64,000 nt of DNA. Origin: Planctomycetota bacterium (GTDB lineage: Bacteria; Planctomycetota; UBA8108; SXIK01). Positions within the stretch are counted from its first letter, which is position 1, and each line of letters starts with the position of its first letter. The stretch covers positions 2,720,001 to 2,784,000 of the forward strand of contig OZ244999.1 in assembly GCA_965223265.1 (NCBI GenBank), read 5' to 3'. The position numbers and the translations under genes are program-made. Below, one piece after another: positions 38,444-47,938 of this stretch. The notes below the pieces were generated by a model. The model ran no database searches and was not told the DNA's origin. It saw only the letters and a list, made by a program, of their open reading frames with translations.

Positions 38444-41400
38444 TTAGTCGCATGCGAACCGCTCGCATGCTAGCTCGCTCTCTGCGTCTTCAACACTACC
38501 GCACTCTGGGTACGGTGCGGCAGGCGCGTCGCCGCTGACGAAGAGAAAGTTGATGACGAGGATCGGGTCCGAGATGTCTTCGCCCAGGTCGCCGTTGGCG
38601 TCGCAGGCCGCTGGGCAATCGGAAGCCGCGCCGCTGGCAAAGAGCGCGTTGAGATGGTTGATCGCGTCGGAGATGTCGACGAAGCGGTCGCCGTTACAGT
38701 CGCCGCGAAGGAACTGCGGCACCTCCTCGCTGGGCGGCTCGACCTCGCGACCGCGGATGGCGCCGACCTGCTCGTCTGCAAACAGGCGCTCGTTCATCGA
38801 TAGGTCGATGTCCGTCTCCGTGATTGTGTGTTCGGTGAAACCGTACGCCTTGGTACCTTCACTGACGGCGGTCCAGTTGTAGCCGAGATCGGGATCGTCG
38901 AGCTTGGGGCCGGAGCGCGGCTGTGCGTAACGCGTCAGCATGTTTCGGCTCGCGTCGTATTCGAGTCGCCCTTCCAGCGGCAGCTTTTGATAGAGGACTG
39001 CCGCTTGACCGGCAGGTAGATCCAGTCCGAAAAAGGAGCTCGAGACGCCAGCCACCAAGATGCCGTCCTCGATGACGTCGACGCCGGTGAAGGATTCGTT
39101 GAAGATCCCAGAGAACGTCGTCATCCACTGGACGCCGAAGTTAGAGTCGATCTGAACCGCGATTGCGTCGGTCGCGTTTCCAAGGCCCGTACTACCGACG
39201 ATCACAGCGCCGCCCGGGACCGGGGCCACCGCATAGCCCGTGTCGTAGGCCGTTGCGTCGCTCGGGTTGCCGACGTACGTGTCTTGATCACGGTCGTTGA
39301 TGCTGTCGAGGTGAAGTTCCCATTGCTCGTCGACGCTGATGATGACGTTGTCGCCGTCGCCAGTCTCAAGGTCCAGCTGGGCGACCCAAATCGCGGCGTG
39401 CCCTTCGGAGACTGTGGGCTGGACGTTGCCACACGCCCACACCTTGCCTTCTGGACTCGATGTGACGGAGTAGAACGCGCCGCCGCGGTAGTTCTGCATG
39501 AGCGAGCGCCAGATCGCGCTGCCGTCCGGAGCGATGCGAAAGACCAGGCCCTGCTCCTCCCACGGATCTTCGCTGGCGAGTCTAAACTTCCTCCAGCCGC
39601 ACACGAGCAAGCTGCCGTCCGCGAGCGCCGTGGCGTCTGTGGGAACGTCTGCGTTCGGGGCACCATACTGTTTCGCCCACAGAAGTTCGCCGACCTCGTC
39701 GAAGCGGAGGATGAACGGCTCGCGGTCGAAGATCGATTCATGCGTGACGAAACCGATGATCGAGAGAGCTACACCGCCTTGTCCGTCGGGGCCCGCCGCA
39801 AAGTCAACGGGAGTCCAGAACGAACCGATTTCGAATGCGCGGTGCCACAGCAAATTGCCGTCGCCATCGTACTCGGCGACCCAGACGGTCTTGCCGGCGT
39901 AGCCGCCTGCGAAGATGCGGCCGCCCGGAAGCTCGATGGCGTCGAGAAGCGTCGAATAGCCGGTGCGTCGTTGCCAGATCACACCTCCTTCGCGTTCGAC
40001 GCGCGCAAGTTGACCGATTCCGCTGCCGCGCACGACGATGAGAGCGTCGCCGTTCTCCAGAGAATGGATGCGAGGTTCGCCTGAGACAGGCCGATCGCCA
40101 TCGCGCAGAGTTGATGCCCAGCGAGCATTCGCGTCATGGACGGACGGTGCTTCCTCGTCGAGCGCGTTTGGATCCAGCGCGAGCCCGCCTCCGCTGCCGC
40201 CGCCAGACGCCGGCCCATGTGATTCCATCGGGAAGTTCCAATCGACCGATTGCGTGCGGTCGAAGTTGATCTTGATGCCGAGGAAGTTCATCTTGAAGCC
40301 AGCTTTTACGCCGGTGACGAGGTCCAGACCGCGCTCCATCTTCCAGGAGCGATCTTTGAGCGGTGTCACGTCAATGCTGCCGTAGCCGGTAGCACGGACG
40401 AACGGCCCCGCCACGCCGTTGATACGGAGCGTCGACTCAACGCCAGCCCACGCCTTCAAGTGGAGCCCGCTGGACTCTTCGACGTGCGGCGCTGTGAACT
40501 CGAAGGGCACATGAGATTCGTAAGGCTCGAAGACGGCTTCTCCGTCAGCGAAACCGATGTAAACACCGATCTTGGCGTTCTGGTTGATACTCGTGGTGCC
40601 GGTTGCGAGGAGCTCCGCTTTGGCCCCAGCCAGAAAGACGATGTCCATCGAGATGGTCACCGGCACGCCACCGACGTAGACGGTGAAGATCGGCAGATTG
40701 ACTGAGTAGAGGTTTTTCTCTGTGCGGGCAGCGGGCGGCCCGATGCGCGACTTGAGCTCCAAACTCGCGGAGTACGACAGTTCGAGGTCAACGACGACAC
40801 GCGTTGGCAGGAGCTTTCGAAAACGGATCTGCACCGACGCGATGCTGGCGCCGAAGCGAATCTCGCCGCTGAGCTTCACGTTGTCGCCGAGATCCAGTTC
40901 GTTGAAGCGGATAGGAAGGCCGCGTGCCTCGCACTCGGTGTACTCCTGGTCCAGAGGGTCCAGAGGATCTTCTTCGGTGTGGGTCTCATCGACGCAGCCG
41001 TCCATCAGTTTCTGAAAATCCTCCAGGGTGAAGGTCTCCCCGAGTTTGGTGCCATAGCCGAGGCCGACTTTCATCGAGCCGGTCTCATAGTCGTCTTCGG
41101 AGAGAGCTTCGCAGACAAGTGTGAGCGGTCCCGACTCGTCCGCAGATTCGTCCTTGCGAACAACTTTCAACGGCAAGATGCTAGCTAAGTGGCCTTCGGC
41201 CTGGAAGCCAGAGGGGTGCGGATCTTCAGCGAAGATGTTTCCCTTGTCGAGCGCGTCGAGGAGGTCTGTCGGGTAGGAAAACCGCAGATGAAAGTAACCA
41301 TCCGAGACTGGTATCTGTCGGTCATAAGCGACTTGCGTAGCAGAGTCGAGATAGCGAGTCGTGCCGGCGTAGACGTTGATTTCTTCTCCAATCACACGAT

Positions 41401-41803
41401 AGGGGATGCGCCCCTCTTCGAGAGCGAACGGCAGCTCGGCGACTTCGTCGGTCGGTGCGTTCACGGTCCAGACGGTGTCCGGGCTCACCGACCCGGTGCT
41501 CGGCACCGACGAGAACGACATTTCATTGTGGATCACCTCGACGCCGCGGCCCGCGCTGCGCAGCTTCGCTTTCGCGCTTGCCCAGACCGCGGGGCCGACA
41601 TTGCTCAGGTCGGCCGCGATGTCGACTTCACTGCGCCGCTGGTTGATTTCCCGCACGGCGACGATGCGGAAGCCGTGCAGGTTGAGCTCGTCGCTGTCGT
41701 CAAGTTGCGGGTTGGTTTGGGCGCGTGCGGGAACGGTTCCCGAAAGTAGAAAAGCTACGAGCGTGAGAAGATAGATGGGCAGAGAGCTCTGGCGCGAGGT
41801 CAT
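38444..41803 (-). CDS. Large secreted protein with beta-rich core, beta-propeller and C-terminal dockerin-like tag
   Basis: Signal peptide ending ARA-Q. Blade motifs G..IWQR, GNLLWHR, GELLWAK.YG, G..IWR, GVQW. FLRGDCNGD..VDISD...C.AACDANGD..EDISD...FLF tail. Confidence 0.85.
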   Translation of the reverse strand: MTSRQSSLPIYLLTLVAFLLSGTVPARAQTNPQLDDSDELNLHGFRIVAVREINQRRSEVDIAADLSNVGPAVWASAKAKLRSAGRGVEVIHNEMSFSSVPSTGSVSPDTVWTVNAPTDEVAELPFALEEGRIPYRVIGEEINVYAGTTRYLDSATQVAYDRQIPVSDGYFHLRFSYPTDLLDALDKGNIFAEDPHPSGFQAEGHLASILPLKVVRKDESADESGPLTLVCEALSEDDYETGSMKVGLGYGTKLGETFTLEDFQKLMDGCVDETHTEEDPLDPLDQEYTECEARGLPIRFNELDLGDNVKLSGEIRFGASIASVQIRFRKLLPTRVVVDLELSYSASLELKSRIGPPAARTEKNLYSVNLPIFTVYVGGVPVTISMDIVFLAGAKAELLATGTTSINQNAKIGVYIGFADGEAVFEPYESHVPFEFTAPHVEESSGLHLKAWAGVESTLRINGVAGPFVRATGYGSIDVTPLKDRSWKMERGLDLVTGVKAGFKMNFLGIKINFDRTQSVDWNFPMESHGPASGGGSGGGLALDPNALDEEAPSVHDANARWASTLRDGDRPVSGEPRIHSLENGDALIVVRGSGIGQLARVEREGGVIWQRRTGYSTLLDAIELPGGRIFAGGYAGKTVWVAEYDGDGNLLWHRAFEIGSFWTPVDFAAGPDGQGGVALSIIGFVTHESIFDREPFILRFDEVGELLWAKQYGAPNADVPTDATALADGSLLVCGWRKFRLASEDPWEEQGLVFRIAPDGSAIWRSLMQNYRGGAFYSVTSSPEGKVWACGNVQPTVSEGHAAIWVAQLDLETGDGDNVIISVDEQWELHLDSINDRDQDTYVGNPSDATAYDTGYAVAPVPGGAVIVGSTGLGNATDAIAVQIDSNFGVQWMTTFSGIFNESFTGVDVIEDGILVAGVSSSFFGLDLPAGQAAVLYQKLPLEGRLEYDASRNMLTRYAQPRSGPKLDDPDLGYNWTAVSEGTKAYGFTEHTITETDIDLSMNERLFADEQVGAIRGREVEPPSEEVPQFLRGDCNGDRFVDISDAINHLNALFASGAASDCPAACDANGDLGEDISDPILVINFLFVSGDAPAAPYPECGSVEDAESELACERFACD

Positions 41804-41996
41804 GACTCTTCCTTTCGCCGGCAACCGGCGTGGGGGCTGGTGGGGCCTTTCGCCCCTTTGGGTGGGTTATTCAGCCAAGGAAGAAGTCGGTGCTCGGTTC
41901 AGACCTCCGAATTTTGGAAAAAGGAGTCGCCCAGCGGCTGAGCCTGGCTGCGGTCATCACGGATTCCCTGGCGGCACACGACGTTGGGGCGCGGCG

Positions 41997-42677
41997 TCAC
42001 TCGGGCAGCGTCGCCGACCGGATTCCGGGAGGCAGCGGCGGTGCGCTCTCAGGGACGCCGATCATGACTCGGAGTTCTTGCACGTACTTGCTGTGGCACG
42101 GGAGGCCCAGTTCAGAGCGCCGGCGTAAGAGATTCGCAGGGTCTGAGATCGGAGTCCGTGGTCCGAAGTGGACCACCCCGTCGACGGAGACGGCAATGTA
42201 CTGCGTGCCGTAAAGTTGTGGTTTCCCCGCAGCCACAAGAGTGCGATCTGTGAGCATGGCGAAGCGGTCCGCTGAGACATCTCCCGTGCGGACGAGAGGG
42301 GTGATCAACTCGAGAACGTGACGCTGGAAATCTGGAGCCGCGTCGCCGTGTTGAACGAGCAACCATGCGGCCTCAGAAGCTGTGGGACCCACAAGGCGGT
42401 GCGTCGGCCACCCGTGCTCCGCGACGATCTCTTTCATGCGGGCGAGGTTGCGCGAATCGATTTTGTGGAGACGCTGCTGCAATTGCGACGGCACTTCGAC
42501 AGCGCCACTTTCTTGAAGATGCCGGGCCAGCTCTTTCCTGACCTGTTGGTCGTCTGCCGCCATCTCGATCAGCTCGCGCGCCAGCGCACTCGAGACTGAA
42601 CGATCGACATCTTCTGGTTGGCTGCAGCCGGCGCCAACCAGAGCGAGAATCAGGAATGCGAGGCGTCGCCGGTTCAT
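41997..42677 (-). CDS. DUF6624-like lipoprotein
   Basis: Lipobox GAGC. DQ.VR, ID..N..RMKEI...GWP...VG...AWLLVQH, LTDR......PQLYGTQ. Confidence 0.85.
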   Translation of the reverse strand: MNRRRLAFLILALVGAGCSQPEDVDRSVSSALARELIEMAADDQQVRKELARHLQESGAVEVPSQLQQRLHKIDSRNLARMKEIVAEHGWPTHRLVGPTASEAAWLLVQHGDAAPDFQRHVLELITPLVRTGDVSADRFAMLTDRTLVAAGKPQLYGTQYIAVSVDGVVHFGPRTPISDPANLLRRRSELGLPCHSKYVQELRVMIGVPESAPPLPPGIRSATLPE

Positions 42678-42810
42678 GTTGGCTTCGAAGGCGATGAAAG
42701 AAGATAGAGAATCAGAAGGAATCAGAGGGAACGAAGATGGAACGACGATTCTGAGAATCGCTCATTGCTTGAGTCGTCTCCGATCTTGATCAGCTCTTGT
42801 CAGCCTTACG

Positions 42811-45702
42811 CTATCTCGGTTCATTCTGTGGCTCGAGTTTTACGTTCAAATCGGTCACATCTCGACCGCGTTGAACTCGGATCTCCCCGGGGCCGGACGG
42901 TTGCCAGGTTGCCGAGAGCTCTGGTTCTTTGAAGGAAAATGGGGAGTCAGGGTCTTCACGCTCTGACTCTAGAATTTCCATTCGATACACACCGTGATGC
43001 AGCGACTGCGAGAAAGTTCCGTTCGAGCCGAGCTCAGCCGTGACGGCCTCCAGGTCCGACTCACCCGCAGGCTCGAAGTGTAGCCATGCGGTTTTCTGTG
43101 GATTCCATGTCACCGGCAAGAAGACTCGACCACTCACTACAGGGAATGGCTCGAAAGCAACTTTTACCGTGCGCTCTCGGCCTTGTTGGAGGTTGGTGAC
43201 GCGTCGACGAAAAGCGTAGTACCCATCAGGCGCCTCGATCTCGAGCCAGCCGGCTCCGCTCGGAAGTCCGCGAATTCGTTCTCCCGTGGGTGCTAAAGCA
43301 ACGAATACTACCTCTGGTCCTCCGCCGGATTCGCATGTGAAAGCGAATTCGAACCAAGAGTCCTTACCGTTCTGTGGACGATTCGTGAATGTGACGACCA
43401 GCGTTGCCCCCTCGACGAGCTTGCCGACTCGAACCTCCGTGGTCCGGTGGGGGGCCACGACGACACGGTCAATCGAAATGGGTAGGAAGGGGCCCAGTCG
43501 TTCTATCCGAAGCTTGTACTCACCCGGGAGCACTCGATCCAAGAGGATCAAGTCGTCGACCGGTCGTTCGCGAAAGCTTGGTGAGTCATAGCGTCCGTCG
43601 CGTTCGACAGAAATCGTTCGGTCGTCGGATGGCGTCAGAGCACCGAGTGATCCCGGGGGAAGTTGAACACGAACCGATCCGGTCCGGGGGACGACGAACG
43701 TGTTCCTCCCAGGTACTAACCGGTACTTTGAGGTGTCAATGAACTCAGTCGAGAAGTATGAGTTTTCCTTCTCCACAGTCATGTCGAGGTGCCCTGGAGT
43801 ATCGATTTCGACACGGTCCCACTCGGCGACGAACAGCTCTCCTTCGTGGTTTGATACCTGTCCGTTGTTGACGGCGCCGACGACGGGGTTGCCTTCGTCG
43901 TCGACTAAGCGCACTTGATACTTGGTATCGCGACTCAGAGTCACATCGAGGTTGTGTCCCGTCAGCTGCGGTGAGATCTCCAAATCTGTGGACAACAATC
44001 CTTGGGAGTAGATCCATGCGCTGTCTCTCGCAACGACATTGGGAATAACAAAGACACCGTCTGAGTCGCTGAAGAACGTAGTTCCGAGAACAGCGATGCT
44101 TGCCCCGACGATCGGACTTCCCGCCTCATCGAGCACTCGTCCTGTGACCTGATCGGGTCTTATCTCGAAGATCACAGCCTCGTCACTGATGCCGTCGGGC
44201 ATAGTGCGCCATCCATACCCCATGCTGCCAGCGAACAGCGAGACGCCACGGAGAATGTGTTTTCGCGAGGCTTCGCCTAATCGCACTCGGCCGTTGGTGT
44301 CCGTGATGCCTCTTGAATAGGCATGGGAAATATCAGTCGTGCCCACGAACACTGACACAGGTACGTTCGCCACCGCATCCCCGTCTGTCGACTGTACGAT
44401 GATGTCGACCGTGTCGATTGCCTCGAGACGGTAGCTTTTTCGAAAGGGAGTCGACGTGAGCACGACGTCGTCGAATACCGGTTCGTAGCCGAACGCTCGG
44501 ACGGTGAGGAGATACTCAGACCCTGGCCAGAGATTGGCGACCTCGAAGGCGCCCGTCTTTCCGGTTGCGCTACCGATCTCCGAGTGTTTACTGTGTCCCG
44601 GAGGCCACAGCTCGATTTGAGCTCCCTTGATGGGACGTTCTGTCTTTGCGTCGAAGACTTGACCAACGAATCGTGCCGAGAATTGGTTTCGATCCACCTC
44701 CTCGCGTGCCTTCAGCGACTCCCATGAGACGACGACAGTGTGTTGACCTTCCGGTGCAGCCCTGCCGGGCTCGCTGTGGGATGGCCAAAGAAAGCCACGA
44801 ACGGCAAAATCTGCCAGAATCCGGTAGGAAGACGTGGGAGAAAGACCGGTCAAGACAAAGCGACCGTTAGTCGCCGATCGCGCCCGCGGGAGAGCGGCAG
44901 CCAAATTCGGTCCAGACGATACAAACGCGTAGACGCTGACCCCACGGACTGGATCTCCGTCAGGGTCTACGACTCGCCCTTCTACCGACACGCCGGCCTC
45001 GAGCTGTACGGTCAGCGGCTCGGCGTTCCTGCGAAGCACTACGGTCTTCCGGGCGAACCCGCGACCCGAGACCTCGAGGAGCCCCTCTGCCTCAGTCACC
45101 GGTCGCCACACCGAGAACCGCCCTTTGTTATCGGTGGCGCAGTGCGATATAGGAATCGGCCGACCAGAACCCTGAAACCCGAAGAGGGCGTCTGGGTGCG
45201 AGAGCTGCCTCACAGCAAAGAGTTCCGCGATGACACCGACGACAGGCTTTCCAGCCGAGTCGACAACGAAGCCCTCGTGACAGACGCCTCTTGGAACACT
45301 GAGTGGGCGAAGCTCCCGGGCCTCGAGACCAGTAGCGATGAGTTCAAGCGGCTGAAAACGAGGAAGAGACGGGCCGCTTGCGCTAAGAAGAAAAGTGCGG
45401 CGGGCAGGTAGGGCCGGGAACATGAACTGGCCGAAGTCGTCAGTCCTAGCGCGCCATGAAATCTGCTCTTCACCAGGAAAGATCCCTTTCAGAAACAAAC
45501 TCACCTCGGCGGCCGCAACGGGACTTTGATCGTCAGAGTAGCGAAGCGACCCGAGCAAGCCTACAGTTTCCTGACCTGCCAGTGGCGCGCTGGTGTTCAC
45601 GATCAGAGCGACAATCGTCAATCGGAAGATCAATCGTCTGATTGGTGTCCTGTGGCGTGTAGTCCGACGTGCAGGCTGCTGACCAACGGCCGAGAGAATC
45701 AT
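42811..45702 (-). CDS. Carboxypeptidase-regulatory-like (prealbumin-fold) repeat protein
   Basis: Repeated GRVVD..G.PV.G..V....TD..GRF motifs and an N-terminal hydrophobic segment. Confidence 0.8.
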   Translation of the reverse strand: MILSAVGQQPARRTTRHRTPIRRLIFRLTIVALIVNTSAPLAGQETVGLLGSLRYSDDQSPVAAAEVSLFLKGIFPGEEQISWRARTDDFGQFMFPALPARRTFLLSASGPSLPRFQPLELIATGLEARELRPLSVPRGVCHEGFVVDSAGKPVVGVIAELFAVRQLSHPDALFGFQGSGRPIPISHCATDNKGRFSVWRPVTEAEGLLEVSGRGFARKTVVLRRNAEPLTVQLEAGVSVEGRVVDPDGDPVRGVSVYAFVSSGPNLAAALPRARSATNGRFVLTGLSPTSSYRILADFAVRGFLWPSHSEPGRAAPEGQHTVVVSWESLKAREEVDRNQFSARFVGQVFDAKTERPIKGAQIELWPPGHSKHSEIGSATGKTGAFEVANLWPGSEYLLTVRAFGYEPVFDDVVLTSTPFRKSYRLEAIDTVDIIVQSTDGDAVANVPVSVFVGTTDISHAYSRGITDTNGRVRLGEASRKHILRGVSLFAGSMGYGWRTMPDGISDEAVIFEIRPDQVTGRVLDEAGSPIVGASIAVLGTTFFSDSDGVFVIPNVVARDSAWIYSQGLLSTDLEISPQLTGHNLDVTLSRDTKYQVRLVDDEGNPVVGAVNNGQVSNHEGELFVAEWDRVEIDTPGHLDMTVEKENSYFSTEFIDTSKYRLVPGRNTFVVPRTGSVRVQLPPGSLGALTPSDDRTISVERDGRYDSPSFRERPVDDLILLDRVLPGEYKLRIERLGPFLPISIDRVVVAPHRTTEVRVGKLVEGATLVVTFTNRPQNGKDSWFEFAFTCESGGGPEVVFVALAPTGERIRGLPSGAGWLEIEAPDGYYAFRRRVTNLQQGRERTVKVAFEPFPVVSGRVFLPVTWNPQKTAWLHFEPAGESDLEAVTAELGSNGTFSQSLHHGVYRMEILESEREDPDSPFSFKEPELSATWQPSGPGEIRVQRGRDVTDLNVKLEPQNEPR

Positions 45703-45790
45703 GAGTCGTCTGTTCCAGGTTCTGGGTTGAGCTCACTTGCGGAATTGACGCATGCCTCGAATGCGCGTTCTTGCTGGTGCGCGAAAGGAC

Positions 45791-46039
45791 TCACTCGCGC
45801 CCGACGTGAGACGTGGCGTCGTACCGCTCGATTCGCTCGGAGCTGATCCACGGCTCTTCCTCGAGAACCCACGTCTCGAGTGGTGTATCGAAGGCGCCAG
45901 ACCGGACGAGATAGATCCCTACCGCTGGTCCTCGGTAGAGGGCGATCGAGACGGCGATCGCGATCGCGACCGCCACGCAGGCGCAGAGAATAGCGATGAG
46001 TTTTTGTCTTGATCGCACGGAGAACGACTCCGCCGCCAA
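45791..46039 (-). CDS. Small membrane-anchored hypothetical protein, possibly truncated
   Basis: TM helix followed by protein-like IYLV...LEEEPWISSERIERYD. Lies immediately downstream of the permease. Confidence 0.4.
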   Translation of the reverse strand: MAAESFSVRSRQKLIAILCACVAVAIAIAVSIALYRGPAVGIYLVRSGAFDTPLETWVLEEEPWISSERIERYDATSHVGRE

Positions 46040-46042
46040 AGC

Positions 46043-47548
46043 TTACGACCCCTGACCGAGCTCACGCTCTGCCTCGGAAATCAGTGCGACTTCTTCCTCG
46101 GGAGCCTGAGCAACGAGGTACCTGCGACTGTGGAGAAGGTAATAAACGAGGCCGACAACAAGGAAGATCATAACGCCGTAGATTCCCGGGCGCATGTCCT
46201 TGTTCGCGAGCGTCGCACCAAGCGCTACGAGCGACAACGCCGCACCGAGCGCGGCTCCGGGAATCCCGAGCGGGCTTCGGTACGGCCGCGGGAGCTCCGG
46301 CCGCGTCAGCCGCAGCCGAATGAAGCTGAACATCACCATGGCGTACGAGATCACCGCTCCAAAGACTGCCATGTTGAGGAGCACCGCACCGACCTTGCTC
46401 TTCTCGCCGCCGGCGAGGTGAATCGCCAGCGCGCAACCGATTCCCACCACGGCACCGAGAATCAGGGCGACGTGAGGTGTGTGGTGTCGTGAGGTCGGCG
46501 AGATCCAGCGTGGAAAGTAGCCAGCGCGCGACAGAGCGAAGAGGACGCGGCCGTATGCATAGATAATCGTATGGAAGCTCGCGATGAGGCCGGTGAGCGT
46601 CAGCAGCGTGATCAGAACGGCGAATTCGGTGTGGTCGCTCAGCACCGATTGGAAGCCGTCGGCCAGAGGTGCGCCTGAGGCTCCGAGAGCCGCCGCACCG
46701 CCGCCCACCCCTGTATTGAGCACGAGCGTCAGAGCGGAAAGAAGGAGAAGCGTCCCCATGCCGAAGATCAGCGCTTTCGGCATGTCGCGGACGACGTCGT
46801 GCGTCTCCTCGGCAGCAAGGGGGAGTTGCTCGATCGCCAAGTAGAACCAGATCGCGAAGGGAAGCGCTGCGAACACGCCCATCCAGCCCATCGGCAGCCA
46901 GCGGGAGCCGCCCGATTGTGGTTCGATGTTCACCAGCTTTTCGGCGTCGAACGAACCGGTCAGCAGAACGCTCGCATAGAAGATAGCGAGGACTGCGATC
47001 GCCACCACCGTGACGACGAGACCTACCTTGAGCGTCAGTTCAACACCGCGCACGTTGATCCAGAGAAAAATGCCGTACGCGACCAACCACCAGAGCGGCG
47101 CCCAGCGCGCAAGCTGGCTCGAGTCCATCCCGAAGATGCTCGCGAGCAGCTCGTTGAAGTATCCCGCGATGCCGACGACCACGACCGCGGGTGTGACGAC
47201 GTATTCGATGGTGTCGGTGAGACCGCACACGTACCCGGCGGTCGGCCCCATGGCTTGTCGAACGAACGAGTAGAAGCCACCGGCGTGCGGCAGCGCCGCG
47301 GAGAGCTCGGCGATAGTGAAGACCATGCAGATGTACATGACGGCCATCAGCAGCGTCGCGATGCCGAGTCCGCCGAACCCGCCCTCAGCGAGGCCAAAGT
47401 TCCAGCCAAAGAAATCACCGGAGATCACCGCGCCAACGCCGAGTGCCCAGAGCAGCTTCCACCCGGCGCTCTTGCGGAGCTTCCGCTTCTCGAGATAGCC
47501 ATCCGAGACGTTTTCGTAGCGTGCGAGGCCCGACTTCTTTTCCGTCAT
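46043..47548 (-). CDS. eat: Ethanolamine permease-like APC transporter
   Basis: YLEKRKL, LWALGVGAVISGDFFGWNFGL, AELS...PHAGG.Y, LPFAIWFYLAIE..PLAAEE, RPYRSP, APEEE. GAGGAG RBS. Substrate unproven. Confidence 0.8.
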   Translation of the reverse strand: MTEKKSGLARYENVSDGYLEKRKLRKSAGWKLLWALGVGAVISGDFFGWNFGLAEGGFGGLGIATLLMAVMYICMVFTIAELSAALPHAGGFYSFVRQAMGPTAGYVCGLTDTIEYVVTPAVVVVGIAGYFNELLASIFGMDSSQLARWAPLWWLVAYGIFLWINVRGVELTLKVGLVVTVVAIAVLAIFYASVLLTGSFDAEKLVNIEPQSGGSRWLPMGWMGVFAALPFAIWFYLAIEQLPLAAEETHDVVRDMPKALIFGMGTLLLLSALTLVLNTGVGGGAAALGASGAPLADGFQSVLSDHTEFAVLITLLTLTGLIASFHTIIYAYGRVLFALSRAGYFPRWISPTSRHHTPHVALILGAVVGIGCALAIHLAGGEKSKVGAVLLNMAVFGAVISYAMVMFSFIRLRLTRPELPRPYRSPLGIPGAALGAALSLVALGATLANKDMRPGIYGVMIFLVVGLVYYLLHSRRYLVAQAPEEEVALISEAERELGQGS

Positions 47549-47869
47549 GAACTCCTCGTAGGATGGAAAGTGTGCTGTGTGAAACGCCCCATCATAGGTA
47601 GGGGACAGCGGCTGACAACCCTGGCAGACGGAAAAGTGACCCTGCTGCAGAGCACTTGCGTAGATCTACGTTGTGTTCGTACGCGAGAAACTATCTTTCA
47701 GGTCGACGTGAAATATTACGTCGAGTGCGAAGGAGTTCGCCTTCGCAGCTTAGTTTTTTTCGACCCCTCCGGGCCGGCCGATCGACTGCGGCGATGTCTC
47801 TTCCTGGAAGAGCGAGGGCGGCTCCGCGTGAGGCTGCCGCCGAATCATCTCAGGAGAAGTCTTCGAGGC

Positions 47870-47885
47870 TGGCACCGGATTTGCT
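47870..47885 (+). promoter_or_regulatory. Sigma-54 promoter (second usp)
   Basis: TGGCAC-CGGAT-TTGCT, near-consensus, ~54 nt upstream of ATG 47939. Confidence 0.75.
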
Positions 47886-47938
47886 CCACTCTTCAGTATC
47901 ATTTGATTCCGTGTTCGATTGAGGCGAAGGAGACGGCC

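Noticed and set aside
41842-41859. GGGGC-CTTTC-GCCCC-TTT hairpin
   Set aside because: The short U-tract is on the plus strand while both flanking genes are on the minus strand. It does not fit a riboswitch consensus I recognise.
46799-47938. Apparent 380-aa N-terminal extension of the second USP
   Set aside because: It overlaps the permease in antisense. The RBS and sigma-54 promoter support a start at 47939.
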